A stretch of 64,000 nucleotides of DNA from a bacterium (GTDB lineage: Bacteria; Actinomycetota; Acidimicrobiia; Spongiisociales; ZC4RG35): the NCBI GenBank assembly GCA_028823995.1, contig JAPPFD010000002.1, positions 53,654 through 117,653 on the forward strand, read 5' to 3'. The notes beneath the pieces were generated by a model, which was not told the DNA's origin, did no database searches, and was given only the letters and a program-made list of their open reading frames with translations. The position numbers and the translations under genes are program-made. Positions 45,610 to 55,763 of the stretch are shown piece after piece (within the stretch, counting starts at the first letter, position 1; every line of letters begins with the position of its first letter).

Positions 45610-47349
45610 ATGCGACGTCACCTGGCTCTCTTGTCTTTACTCCTACTGATACTGGCTGCTTGTGGAGACGGTGATGCGGACACACCTGCAACCACCGAAG
45701 CCCCGGCAGCGGCTACCACTGAAGCCACTGCTGCACCCACCACCGAACCCACCGCCGCGCCTACCACTGCGGCGGAGACCACAACCGAAGAAACGACTGC
45801 GACGACCGAGGCGCCGGCCACAACGACGACTGCCGCCGCCGCCCCGCCGGCGGTTGTGCCCACGGGGACCGTGACCGTCGCGCTTCCAACCTTCGGCAAT
45901 GAACTCCTTGATCCGACCCGGTCCTCGAACCCCGACCTGCCCTACTGGGCCAACTCCTTCGACTTCCTCCTAGGCATGGATGAGAACGGGAACCCGACCA
46001 CCGAAACCGGTGCGGCAATATCGGTCGAATCCTCCCCGGACGCCAAGGTCTGGACGATCGAACTCCGCGAGGGCATGACTTTCCACGACGGTGTGGAGGT
46101 CACCGCAGAAGACGTCGCCTTCAGTTTCGAGTTGTACGCCAGGGAAGAGTCTGCCTGCACCTCCTGCGGAAAGATGCAGAGAAACTTCGATTCAGCGACT
46201 GTCACGGGCACATACACCCTTGAAGTGACCTTCAAGGAGCCGAACGCCCTGTTCCTTCGGGACCTGACCAGAGTGAACGACACTCTTGCCATCATTCCCA
46301 AGCACCACTGGGAAGCAGTGGGTGGCGGCGATGGGTTCAACGAGAATCCTCTCGGAAGTGGACCCTATGTCTTCAGCGATCGCGCCATCGGAGAGTACGT
46401 CGAGTTCAAGGCGAACACCGAATACTGGAACCCTGACCGGATACCCGGGTTCGAGACTCTTCGCATAGTCCTCGCTCCTGAAGCGACCAGCCGACTGGCT
46501 CTGCTCGAGCGCGGAGACGCCGATCTTGCCTTGATGGACCCGTTTACCGCCCCCGACGTGTTGGCGGCCGGTTTGGAGATTGCCGGGCCGAAACGCGTCC
46601 AGACATTGAGTATGGCGTTTGGTATGCCCTGGAAGACCGAGTTCTTCTACAACGACCAAGCTGCCCGTGAAGCTCTGATCAAAGCAGTTGATGTCGCAGC
46701 GATCGTATCCGCCATTTACCCTGAGGGCACCGCCACACCGGCCGCCAGTTTCGCAGCGGTTCCCAGCCAGGAAGGGCACGATCCCAGCCTGACGCCGTAC
46801 GTGTACGATGCTGCCGCCGCCGCGCAGGAAATCCAAGACCTGGGGCTGGCCGGCCAAGAGATCACCATGTACCAATACGCGTTCGGCGCAACGCCGGAGT
46901 TCCCGCGGATACAGGAAGCTGTGGCGGCCTTTTGGACCGTGGCCGGGCTTAGCCCTCAGTTGAGGCCCACCGATTTCGCCACCATCCGTCCGAATTTCCT
47001 CGAGGCCCCCTACTTCACCGAGCCCTTTACGCACCTTTGGTTCGTCACGGCCGGCACAACCACAGAGAACGCTCTGAGGATCGGGGTCATCAGCAAGGAT
47101 GCCGGCGGCTTCTACGCGGCCTTCGGCGATCCGGAACTCGACGACATCTACAGCCAATACCGATCGGAAGTTGATCCCGGGGAGAGAGAGGCTCTGGCCG
47201 GCAGGGCTGTCAGCCTGATCTACGACACCTACGCGGTGCTTCCCATCGCCACTACCGACATGATCTGGGGCATGGGTCCGCGGATATCCAGTTGGTCGCC
47301 GACCAACGGGTCTGTGGCGGCCGTGAACTTCGAGACCCTCCGGCCATGA
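45610..47349 (+). CDS. Peptide/nickel ABC transporter substrate-binding lipoprotein (family-5 SBP)
   Basis: Signal peptide plus lipobox (LLLILAACG), a long Thr/Ala/Glu linker and an SBP_bac_5-like body. 579 aa. Confidence 0.8.
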   Translation: MRRHLALLSLLLLILAACGDGDADTPATTEAPAAATTEATAAPTTEPTAAPTTAAETTTEETTATTEAPATTTTAAAAPPAVVPTGTVTVALPTFGNELLDPTRSSNPDLPYWANSFDFLLGMDENGNPTTETGAAISVESSPDAKVWTIELREGMTFHDGVEVTAEDVAFSFELYAREESACTSCGKMQRNFDSATVTGTYTLEVTFKEPNALFLRDLTRVNDTLAIIPKHHWEAVGGGDGFNENPLGSGPYVFSDRAIGEYVEFKANTEYWNPDRIPGFETLRIVLAPEATSRLALLERGDADLALMDPFTAPDVLAAGLEIAGPKRVQTLSMAFGMPWKTEFFYNDQAAREALIKAVDVAAIVSAIYPEGTATPAASFAAVPSQEGHDPSLTPYVYDAAAAAQEIQDLGLAGQEITMYQYAFGATPEFPRIQEAVAAFWTVAGLSPQLRPTDFATIRPNFLEAPYFTEPFTHLWFVTAGTTTENALRIGVISKDAGGFYAAFGDPELDDIYSQYRSEVDPGEREALAGRAVSLIYDTYAVLPIATTDMIWGMGPRISSWSPTNGSVAAVNFETLRP

Positions 47350-47386
47350 CGAGCAGTCACGGAAAAGCCTGAGAACGCGTCGCTCG

Positions 47387-48385
47387 ATGAACGACCTGCC
47401 CAAAAGATTCGGAATCAAGCTGCCGGGCGCCGGAATCCGGAACAATATCGAGTTGGCTCAATACGCCGACGACGTTGGCGCGGAGTCCGCCTGGATGGCC
47501 GAAGGGCGTCTCACCTTTGATGCGATAACCCCGATGGCCGTATATGCGGCGAGCACGAAGAGGATCAGGGTCGCATGTGGCGTGCTCCCCACCTTCACTC
47601 GCAATCCGGCCCTGATCGCACAGACCATGGCGACCTTGGACTTCCTGGCGCCGGGGAGGATAATTCTCGGTCTGGGTGTATGGTGGGATCCGATCGCCAC
47701 CAAGGTTGGCATTGACCGCGGGACCAAACTCATCCGGGCGGCCCGTGAATACCTCGAAGCGATTCGACTTCTGCTGGAACGCAGGGAACCGGTCACCTAT
47801 GAGGGCGAATGTGTACGGCTCAATGACGTGTTCCTCGACCACGGCGCAACCGGTCCACACCATGTTCCGATCTACCTGGCGGCCGTCGGCCCGCAGATGC
47901 TCAGACTGGCCGGTCGCCTTGCCGACGGTGTGGTCCTGAACAGCAGTCACACTGTCGAGGCCACGCGGGACGAGGTTGAGCAGGTGCGGGTGGGAGCCGA
48001 GGCAGCAGGCCGCAGCCTCGACGACGTGGACATCGTGCAGCCATGCACCATTCGTCTCACGAACGACAAGCCGGCCGCCATCGCCCAGGACAAGGTGGTA
48101 GTCACACAGTTCATCGCGCAGCAAGCACATGTTGCGGGACCTACCGGGATCGAACCGGAGTTGGCTGATCGAATCCGGGACATAGTGGGCGGTTGGCCGG
48201 CGAGCCCAAGCTCCATCGTGGAGGCGTCCAAGCTCGTCCCCGACGAGATCATCGAGAATATCGGTTGTTACGGGAGCGAAGATGAAGTGAGAGAGCGGCT
48301 GCGCGCATACGAAGGAGCAGGGGTGGACTGCCTCTATGCCGCAGCCGACAAAACGCTGATCGACTTCCTCGCGCAGGGCTGGTGA
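47387..48385 (+). CDS. Luciferase-like (LLM-class) flavin/F420-dependent oxidoreductase, paralog 2
   Basis: About 45% identity by eye to the 42329 gene (RIRVACGVLPTFTRNPALIAQTMATL vs RIRVGTAGIPIWTRNPALIAQTFATL). Confidence 0.7.
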   Translation: MNDLPKRFGIKLPGAGIRNNIELAQYADDVGAESAWMAEGRLTFDAITPMAVYAASTKRIRVACGVLPTFTRNPALIAQTMATLDFLAPGRIILGLGVWWDPIATKVGIDRGTKLIRAAREYLEAIRLLLERREPVTYEGECVRLNDVFLDHGATGPHHVPIYLAAVGPQMLRLAGRLADGVVLNSSHTVEATRDEVEQVRVGAEAAGRSLDDVDIVQPCTIRLTNDKPAAIAQDKVVVTQFIAQQAHVAGPTGIEPELADRIRDIVGGWPASPSSIVEASKLVPDEIIENIGCYGSEDEVRERLRAYEGAGVDCLYAAADKTLIDFLAQGW

Positions 48386-48403
48386 CCTGAACAGTCACTT
48401 CCG

Positions 48404-49219
48404 ATGCTCACTGTAGACACCCACTGCCATGTCCTCGACACATGGTTTGAACCGGTTGAGGTACTCCTGTTCCAGATGGCGCGAGCCGACGTCGACAAAG
48501 CTGTTTTGGTTCAGATGTCCTCCAACTATGACAACAGCTATCTCGTCGAGTGCTCCGATCGATTCCCGGGGCAGTTTGCCATCGTCGGGTCCGTGGACAC
48601 TTCCGCACCAGACTGCCTGGAGAAACTCGAACACTGGGCCGGCCTGGGTGTGGTGGGGGTCCGGCTCACGCCGATGCAGAGGTCAGGAGGCGAGGATCCT
48701 CTGGCGGTCTGGAAGAAGGCGGACTCGTTGGGCATGTTGGCGGATCTGTGGGCCCTGCACGGCCCTGACGCCATGAAGGGATTCGTGTCCGATGAATTCG
48801 TCGGATTGGTGGAACGCTTTCCGCAGATGCCATTCGTCATCGAACACCTCGGTTTTGTCGCCAATGATCCCGATCCTCCCTATGCCGACTTCACAAGGAT
48901 CCTGGCGCTAAGTCGATACCCCAATGTCTTTATGAAACTTCCCGGGATCGGCGAGTTCGTTCCCAAACCGGTCCCTCACCGCAGTCCACCATTTGACCTT
49001 GACGCTATCCCACCCTTCATCGACATGGCTCTCGATGCTTTCGGGACGGATCGGGTAATGGTCGGCTCCGACCATCCTCGCTGCTCGGACTGGGAAGGCT
49101 ATTCGAACGTCTTCGGGTACCTGCGGGAGTACCTCGGGCGCTTGCTGAACGCCGACGAGATGGCCTCGGTCCTGGGGGCTACCGCCGAGCGGATCTATTT
49201 CGCCAACCACGTGGGGTGA
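48404..49219 (+). CDS. Amidohydrolase-2 family metal-dependent hydrolase (PF04909-like TIM barrel)
   Basis: N-terminal DTHCHV and C-terminal MVGSDHP metal-ligand motifs. Confidence 0.65.
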   Translation: MLTVDTHCHVLDTWFEPVEVLLFQMARADVDKAVLVQMSSNYDNSYLVECSDRFPGQFAIVGSVDTSAPDCLEKLEHWAGLGVVGVRLTPMQRSGGEDPLAVWKKADSLGMLADLWALHGPDAMKGFVSDEFVGLVERFPQMPFVIEHLGFVANDPDPPYADFTRILALSRYPNVFMKLPGIGEFVPKPVPHRSPPFDLDAIPPFIDMALDAFGTDRVMVGSDHPRCSDWEGYSNVFGYLREYLGRLLNADEMASVLGATAERIYFANHVG

Positions 49220-49341
49220 AAATCGTGGCCCCGGGGTATGACACCCTTACACGAAGAGGGTGTTCGGTCGTGAGCCGGCGTCCTGGCCACGGCGAAAGTG
49301 GACTCGAAGGGTACGCGAACAGTACCCGGTGCGGTGGCTGA

Positions 49342-50481
49342 ATGAGGCCGGCTCGGGTTACGACAGTCGCGTCGAGCGTGGTGGCGCTCGCTGCCGTACC
49401 GGTATTCCTAACCGGTGCCATGGGCGTGCAGATACGCGCCGAATTCGGGCTTGGTCCTGCTGGATTCGGCATAATGCTGAGCGCGTTTCACGTCAGCTCT
49501 ACCTTGGCGTCGCCGGCCTTGGGGCGCGCTGCCGAAAGACATCCAGCGTCAATGCGATGGGCTGTGACTCTCACTCTTGTATCCCTTGTCGGTGTCGCGC
49601 TGGGCGGGAGAAGTCCCGTCCTGTACGCAGGATTCCTAGTTGGGACCGGGCTGGGGTTCGCACTGGCGCAGACTTCTACCAATCTCTTCATCACCCGAAC
49701 AGTGCCTGCCGGCAACCGGGCCACGGTGCTGGGCATCAAGCACGCTGCCATACCACTGGCGGCTTTGTTGGCAGGATTGGCGGTGCCTACGGTTGCCGTG
49801 ACGATCGGCTGGCGCTGGGCCTTCGCCATCGCGGCAGGCGGTGTGACTCTCCTATTGGCATGGCTGCCGAAGTCGTTCGCCGGGTTCAGGAACCCTCCCC
49901 CGCAGGATGGCGGAGGCAGTCCCCCGAAGGAACTCGTCGTGCTGGTAGTGGCGACCATTCTGGCGATGGCCAGCGGTTCTGCTCTCAGTGCTTTCCTGGT
50001 CTCCTTCGCGGTCGCAACGGGCATCGGCGCGGCTTCCGCCGGTTTCCTGCTGTCCGCAGGCGGCGCCTCGGCTATTGCCATGCGAGTCACATGGGGATGG
50101 TTGGCCGATCGGCGGTCGACCCGAGGTTTCTTTGGCATAGTGGGGCTTCTGACTGTTGGCAGCGTGGGCTATCTGCTGCTCAGCACCGAGCAGCCAGCGC
50201 TGGTCCTCGTCGGGGCCATGACCTCGTTCGCGGGGGTTTTGGGTTGGTCCGGGCTCCTGGTTCACGCGGTAGTTGACAGGAATCTTCAGGCGCCCGCCCG
50301 CGCCACAGGGGTTACCCAAGTCGGGTTCTACGCCGGAGGCGGTATCGGGCCGCCACTCTTCGGTTTTCTGATCGATCAATTCTCGTATCGCTTCGCATGG
50401 ATGACAGCCGCAGGCTTGGTGCTGGTCGCAGCCGGTCTCGTGCTTGCAGTGGAGTTGAGTAGTCGCGCCAAACAGACCTGA
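49342..50481 (+). CDS. MFS transporter
   Basis: 12 TM helices. Start uncertain. Confidence 0.7.
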   Translation: MRPARVTTVASSVVALAAVPVFLTGAMGVQIRAEFGLGPAGFGIMLSAFHVSSTLASPALGRAAERHPASMRWAVTLTLVSLVGVALGGRSPVLYAGFLVGTGLGFALAQTSTNLFITRTVPAGNRATVLGIKHAAIPLAALLAGLAVPTVAVTIGWRWAFAIAAGGVTLLLAWLPKSFAGFRNPPPQDGGGSPPKELVVLVVATILAMASGSALSAFLVSFAVATGIGAASAGFLLSAGGASAIAMRVTWGWLADRRSTRGFFGIVGLLTVGSVGYLLLSTEQPALVLVGAMTSFAGVLGWSGLLVHAVVDRNLQAPARATGVTQVGFYAGGGIGPPLFGFLIDQFSYRFAWMTAAGLVLVAAGLVLAVELSSRAKQT

Positions 50482-50643
50482 ATACTCGAATGTGGATCAC
50501 GCACCAACTCACCTGCAAAAGGAAGCATCCTGGGGGCTCACCAACACAACGACCAGCTCAAAGTCGACACGAGAGTTCACGGAAACACTATTCTCAACTC
50601 ACACTGAGGTAGGTTGTCCATCCTGAATAGGAGGTCTGGCCGG

Positions 50644-50865
50644 ATGAGCCCAGCTATTCCGGAGATGGAACGTTACCGCCAAATCACCCCCGGGTCTCGA
50701 GCGCTATGGGAGCGAGCCGCACGTGTCCTGCCGGGCGGGGACACCCGATCCAGCGTCTATTGGCGACCTTATCCGATCTACCTCTCACGCGGTGCCGGCG
50801 CCCGGGAGAGCCTTGGACGCGTAGTGACTCACCTCGGATCAGCACCGTCGAAGGTCGGGGCCTGA
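50644..50865 (+). pseudogene. Remnant of a class-III (glutamate-1-semialdehyde aminomutase-like) aminotransferase gene: N-terminal about 50 aa intact, then truncated
   Basis: MSPAIPEMERYRQITPGSRALWERAARVLPGGDTRSSVYWRPYPIYLSRGAGA matches the conserved N-terminus of class-III aminotransferases up to the GxGA(Y/H) motif. It then diverges and stops after 73 codons. RBS (aggagg) and ATG are retained. The next gene starts at its stop. Confidence 0.5.
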
Positions 50866-52442
50866 TGGTCGAAACTCTCATCAGGAACGGAAAAGTTTAC
50901 GACGGTACAGGTTCAGAGTGGTTCGGCGCCTCCGTTGCCATTGAGAAGGCCAGGGTGCGACTCATCTCGGGTGACACCTCAAGTCTGAAGGCGGAGAGGG
51001 TGATCGATGCCACGGGCAAGATAGTGTGCCCGGGTTTCATCGATATGCACGCCCACTCAACGATGGTCATCCTTGAGCATCCGGAGCACGAGCCAAAGGT
51101 GCGCCAGGGTGTCACCACCGAGTTGATTGGTGTCGACGGCAATTCTTACGCCCCCTTCCTTTCTGCGGAGGACCTCCGTAACTGGGGCATGCTCAACGGG
51201 GGCCTGGATGGTCACCTCCCCGAGGACCCGCAGTGGCTCACCGTCGACGAGTACCTCTCTCAATACGATCGACGGGTTGCCGTCAACATTGCCTATGTCA
51301 TAGGGAATGCTCCTCTTCGAATCTCGTCCGTTGGCTGGAATGACCGTCCTCCCTCTGACTCCGAGGCAAAGAAGATGCTGGAATTGCTTCGTTCCGGGAT
51401 GCGTGACGGCGCATTTGGCATGTCCACCGGGCTCACCTACCCACCAGGCAGCTATGCAACAGCCGATGAGGTCGCCGCGCTCTGCAAGGTTGTCCGCGAC
51501 ATGGGAGGTGTGTACGTCACTCACATTCGTTACGGATCCGGTGATGGCTTCATAGATCCCAACCGTGAGGCGCTCGACGTCGGGAGAAGAACGGGAGTGC
51601 CGGTCCACGTCTCGCACTACGCCAGCACCTGGAAGCGCAACGGCCAGTTCCGCCCCTTGCTGGGCCTCGTGGAGGATGCAAATTCCGACGGCGTTGATGT
51701 GACATTCGATGCCTACCCGTACGTACACACTGGCAGCCGCGCCCTGGTGATGATCCCCGAGTGGACGCATGAGGGCGGGCCGCAGGCCCTTCTGGCGAGG
51801 CTCCGCGATCCGAAGGCTCGCAGTCGGATGCGCCAGGAGACCGATCCGAGAGCAGCTCGCTGGCGAGCGGGCGACGGGATCACGCTGGGCGGGTTCCGTC
51901 AGTCTCGGAACAAGAAGCTTGACGGGATGACCATCGGCCAGATTGCGGACAAGTTGAAAAAAGACCCGCTCGATGCCCTATGCGATCTCTTGCTCGACGA
52001 GGACCTCGGCATCTCAGAGGTGGGTCTGTACGCCAACAACGCCACCAACAACCGCAAGATCCTGGCCCACCCCAGATGCATGGTCGGAAGCGACGCCCTT
52101 CTCCTGGGCGACTACCCGAGCCCGCGGTCCTATGGGACGTTTCCCAAGATGCTGGGTGACCTCGTGCGTGAAGAAGGCCTATTGTCGATGGCGGATGCGA
52201 TTCGCAAAATGACTTCCCTGCCGGCCCAGCGACTCGGGTTACAAGATCGAGGGATTCTGCGCGATGGCTTCGCAGCCGATCTGGTCATATTCGATCCGCT
52301 CAAGATTCACTCGCCGGCCACCCTGGAGAGCCCGCGCCAGTTCCCTCGAGGGATTTCGCACGTCATTGTCAATGGTGTCCTGGTGATAGACGATGGGGAG
52401 CACACCGGCGCTCTCCCGGGCCGAGCCTTGCGGCATGGATGA
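50865..52442 (+). CDS. N-acyl-D-amino-acid deacylase (D-aminoacylase) family amidohydrolase
   Basis: ATG at 50865 in ORF 50706..52442. GFIDMHAHS metal site and D-aminoacylase-like insertion domain. About 525 aa. Confidence 0.75.
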   Translation: MVETLIRNGKVYDGTGSEWFGASVAIEKARVRLISGDTSSLKAERVIDATGKIVCPGFIDMHAHSTMVILEHPEHEPKVRQGVTTELIGVDGNSYAPFLSAEDLRNWGMLNGGLDGHLPEDPQWLTVDEYLSQYDRRVAVNIAYVIGNAPLRISSVGWNDRPPSDSEAKKMLELLRSGMRDGAFGMSTGLTYPPGSYATADEVAALCKVVRDMGGVYVTHIRYGSGDGFIDPNREALDVGRRTGVPVHVSHYASTWKRNGQFRPLLGLVEDANSDGVDVTFDAYPYVHTGSRALVMIPEWTHEGGPQALLARLRDPKARSRMRQETDPRAARWRAGDGITLGGFRQSRNKKLDGMTIGQIADKLKKDPLDALCDLLLDEDLGISEVGLYANNATNNRKILAHPRCMVGSDALLLGDYPSPRSYGTFPKMLGDLVREEGLLSMADAIRKMTSLPAQRLGLQDRGILRDGFAADLVIFDPLKIHSPATLESPRQFPRGISHVIVNGVLVIDDGEHTGALPGRALRHG

Positions 52443-52460
52443 CCAAGCCCAACCTTCGAT

Positions 52461-53852
52461 GTGTCCGGAGATTCGGATGACGCCACCATGATCATCAAAG
52501 GCGGCCGCGTTGTGACAGAAACCGGCGTTGTCGATGCGGACATCCTCGTCGTCGACGGGTCCATCCGCTCGATCGGATCTGACTCTTCCGGGGGTCCGGT
52601 CGTGGATGCTCGCGGAGCATGGGTGTTACCCGGCGTCGTCGATCCGCACCTTCACACATCGGTGGGTGGTTTCCACACCATGGATCCTCTCGCCGAGGAT
52701 CTGAAGGAGGCGACCGCCGCGGCTCTCATGGGCGGTGTCACGACGGTCTCAGCCTATGTCAATCGTGGACCCGGGATGGGACTGATCGACGCCGTCAGAT
52801 ATCAAATCCAGTTCGGGAAAGAGCATTCTGCGGTCGACTTCGCCATCAACGCTCTGTGTCTTCCGGGGGACCCGCTGACCGAGGCGGTTGAGGAGGGCGT
52901 GAGGTTGGGCGTCACCACATACAAGGCCTTTCTCGGGTATTACGTGCGCGGTGTCATGATGGAAGACAACGAGTTGGTCGAGTTGATGACGGCAGTGGCC
53001 TCCCACGATGGCCTGGTACTGATACATCCGGAGAACGGGAGGGCAACCAAGTACTACCACGACATCGAATACGCACACGATCCAACTGATATCGAGGGCT
53101 TTATGCGTTGTTCGCCGGGAATACTCGAAGCCGAAGGCATGTTCCGTGCAGCCGCGCTGGCCGAACTCACCGGGTGCGATGTGCTGTTTGTTCACCTGTC
53201 CGCAGCCGAGACCGTACGCGTGCTCTCCTGGCTCAAGGAGGGTGGAACTTCAGTACGGGTATGGAGCGAGACGCAGCCGCATTACCTCATATTGACGGAG
53301 GACGCCCTCCTCGAGCACGGTCCCCTCGCCAAGATAGGCCCCCCGCTTCGCAGGAGTGAGGATGTGGCTGCAGTCTGGGACGCCGTCGAGGCAGGGCACC
53401 TTGACTTGCTGTCAAGCGATCACTCACCTCGCACGAAGGCAATGAAGCAAGCTGCACCAAACATTTTCGACGCCCCATACGGCGGTATCACGCCGTCGGA
53501 GGCCCTACTTCCGCTTGCTTACGCGCTGGGCGTCGAGACGGGTCGATTCGACATGGGTAGATTGGCGGAGTTGACCGCGACAAGTGCCGCAAAGGCATAC
53601 GGTCTCTACCCCCGGAAAGGCGCCATACGAGTTGGCGCCGACGCCGATTTTGCGATCGTCCCGATCGAGGGGGAACCCCGTGAGATAGGACCCCGGAATC
53701 TGCACGGTCGCTCGGACTACTCGATCTACACAGGCCTCACATCCAGAGGGTTCCCAAAGTACGTGGTGAGGCGTGGGCGTCTGGCAGTGTCGGAGGGTGA
53801 GGTGTTGGACAACCCGAGCGGCAGGTACCTCGCTCGAGGTATGAAGCCATGA
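52461..53852 (+). CDS. Cyclic amidohydrolase (dihydropyrimidinase / D-hydantoinase family)
   Basis: GGRVV...PGVVDPHLH metal site, KAFLGYY (carboxylated-Lys region), LSSDHSP and GADADFAIV. Likely start ATG at 52488. Confidence 0.75.
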   Translation: MSGDSDDATMIIKGGRVVTETGVVDADILVVDGSIRSIGSDSSGGPVVDARGAWVLPGVVDPHLHTSVGGFHTMDPLAEDLKEATAAALMGGVTTVSAYVNRGPGMGLIDAVRYQIQFGKEHSAVDFAINALCLPGDPLTEAVEEGVRLGVTTYKAFLGYYVRGVMMEDNELVELMTAVASHDGLVLIHPENGRATKYYHDIEYAHDPTDIEGFMRCSPGILEAEGMFRAAALAELTGCDVLFVHLSAAETVRVLSWLKEGGTSVRVWSETQPHYLILTEDALLEHGPLAKIGPPLRRSEDVAAVWDAVEAGHLDLLSSDHSPRTKAMKQAAPNIFDAPYGGITPSEALLPLAYALGVETGRFDMGRLAELTATSAAKAYGLYPRKGAIRVGADADFAIVPIEGEPREIGPRNLHGRSDYSIYTGLTSRGFPKYVVRRGRLAVSEGEVLDNPSGRYLARGMKP

Positions 53853-54812
53853 TTGCCGGCTCCCGCGTCGAGTACTGACGGATTCTTCAGAATGACCAGA
53901 GTCATAGCAAGTCGTGCACTGCAAGCGTTGGTCACCCTCCTCGGCGTCAGCGTGGTGGTATTCGCGTTGAGCCAATCGACCGGTAACCCGGTGGACGTCC
54001 TGCTACCGGTAGAAGCGACGCCCGAACAGCGGATGCAACTGATCGATGAGTTGGGGTTGGATGAGCCGCTCGTTGTTCAGTATCTCACGTTTTTGGGCAA
54101 TGTGGTCCAGGGCGATTTTGGCAAATCGATCCGGACCAAGCTTCCCGTTCTGGAACTCGTTGTGGACCGCCTTGGGAACTCGGTCCTGCTGGTCAGCACG
54201 TCGCTGCTCTTCATGCTGGTATTCAGTCTGCCTCTCGGTGTCCTTGCGGCAGTCAAGCGCGATACGATCGTGGATCGGATCGCAATGGGCCTGGCTGTTC
54301 TGGGCCAATCACTTCCGCCTTTTTTCACCGGTGTCCTGGCGATCATTGTGTTCTCAGTCATATGGCAGGTGTTACCTGCGCAGGGTTCGGGCACCTGGCA
54401 GCATCTGTTGCTTCCCGCCGCAACGATGGGCCTGTTCACCGGGGCCGGGATCACGCGACTGATGCGGTCGGCCATGCTTGAAGTGCTGGACAGCGAATAC
54501 GCCAAGCTTGCTCGTATCAAGGGCGCGAGCGAGATGAGGGTTGTGTGGGGGCACGCCTTCCGAAATGCCTTGATTCCGGTCGTGACGTTTGTGGTACTCA
54601 TGTACGGTGTTCTGGTGGCAGCCGCGGTCACCACAGAAGTCGTCTTTGCCTGGCCGGGTTTGGGTCGGCTTGCCTTCGAGGCAGTTCTGTGGAGGGACTT
54701 TCCCGTGCTGCAGGCCGTGGTCATCCTGTGGGCGGCGCTCATTGTCGTTGCCAATCTTCTCGTAGATCTGTCGTATGCAGTCATCGACCCGCGGATTCGT
54801 CGCAGTGTCTGA
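53853..54812 (+). CDS. Peptide ABC transporter permease (DppB/OppB-like)
   Basis: 6 TM helices and an EAA-like loop. Likely start ATG at 53892 (MTRVIASRALQ). Confidence 0.75.
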   Translation: MPAPASSTDGFFRMTRVIASRALQALVTLLGVSVVVFALSQSTGNPVDVLLPVEATPEQRMQLIDELGLDEPLVVQYLTFLGNVVQGDFGKSIRTKLPVLELVVDRLGNSVLLVSTSLLFMLVFSLPLGVLAAVKRDTIVDRIAMGLAVLGQSLPPFFTGVLAIIVFSVIWQVLPAQGSGTWQHLLLPAATMGLFTGAGITRLMRSAMLEVLDSEYAKLARIKGASEMRVVWGHAFRNALIPVVTFVVLMYGVLVAAAVTTEVVFAWPGLGRLAFEAVLWRDFPVLQAVVILWAALIVVANLLVDLSYAVIDPRIRRSV

Positions 54813-55674
54813 GTTCTTCGGCAAGGTACGGATCGGATTGGGCGCGGTGTGGCGCAGCTTTCCCATCCTTCCCCTGCTGATTGTCTTGTTGGCCGTAGCG
54901 GCAGCCCTATTGGCGGACTTCATCGTTCCCCACGGACCGGACGCATTGAACTTGGAGCACGCCCGCCAGGGATGGGTCTTTTCGGAAGGAGGTAGCTGGA
55001 CGTTCCCTCTGGGGACTGATAGCTTGGGCCGCGACATCCTCAGTCGGATTATCAAAGGCGCTCAGGTGTCTATGGCCGTGGCAGCCGGCACGGTCCTACT
55101 TGCGGCGTCTATCGGGACGACCCTCGGTACTATCGCCGGCTACTTCGGAGGTTGGGTTGACACGGTGATCATGCGACTGGTCGACGGTTGGCTTGCCTTT
55201 CCGGCAATCTTGATCGCTCTCGTTTTCGCTGTCACTGTCGGTCCGAGTGTGACGGTTGTGGTGTCAGTAATGGCGCTCATCCTCTGGGCACGCTATGCCC
55301 GTCTGATACGAGGGGAAGTCCTCAGCTTGAAGGAGCGCGACTTCATCGCCCTGGCGCGAGTGGCGGGGGGGTCCCCCTTGCGGATAATGGCTTCACACCT
55401 GCTGCCAAACGTGCTCAACAGCGTGATCGTCCTTTCCACCCTGCAGGTCGGTTGGGCCATCACGGTCGAAGCCACCTTGAGTTTTCTGGGTGCGGGTGTT
55501 CCCCCACCGACGCCAACGTGGGGTGGCATGGTCGCCGAGGGGCGTGACCTGATCCGGTCGGCCTGGTGGATTTCGGTGTTCCCCGGAGCTGCGATAGGCC
55601 TTGTGGTGCTTTCCTTCAACCTGATCGGCGACCGCATTCGAGACCTCCTGGATCCCAAACTCAGAGCGCTTTAG
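54775..55674 (+). CDS. Peptide ABC transporter permease (DppC/OppC-like)
   Basis: 6 TM helices and an EAA loop (ERDFIALARVAGGSPLRIMASHLLPN). The start may be GTG at 54805, giving an 8-nt overlap with the upstream permease. Confidence 0.75.
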   Translation: MQSSTRGFVAVSEFFGKVRIGLGAVWRSFPILPLLIVLLAVAAALLADFIVPHGPDALNLEHARQGWVFSEGGSWTFPLGTDSLGRDILSRIIKGAQVSMAVAAGTVLLAASIGTTLGTIAGYFGGWVDTVIMRLVDGWLAFPAILIALVFAVTVGPSVTVVVSVMALILWARYARLIRGEVLSLKERDFIALARVAGGSPLRIMASHLLPNVLNSVIVLSTLQVGWAITVEATLSFLGAGVPPPTPTWGGMVAEGRDLIRSAWWISVFPGAAIGLVVLSFNLIGDRIRDLLDPKLRAL

Positions 55675-55763
55675 CGGCTCATGGGATTCCGGTGGGGAGG
55701 TTGACCGTCAATCTCTGAGAGCCTCCGGGTGTCAAGGTGTGTCGGTTCCGCAACTGGTGGCGG

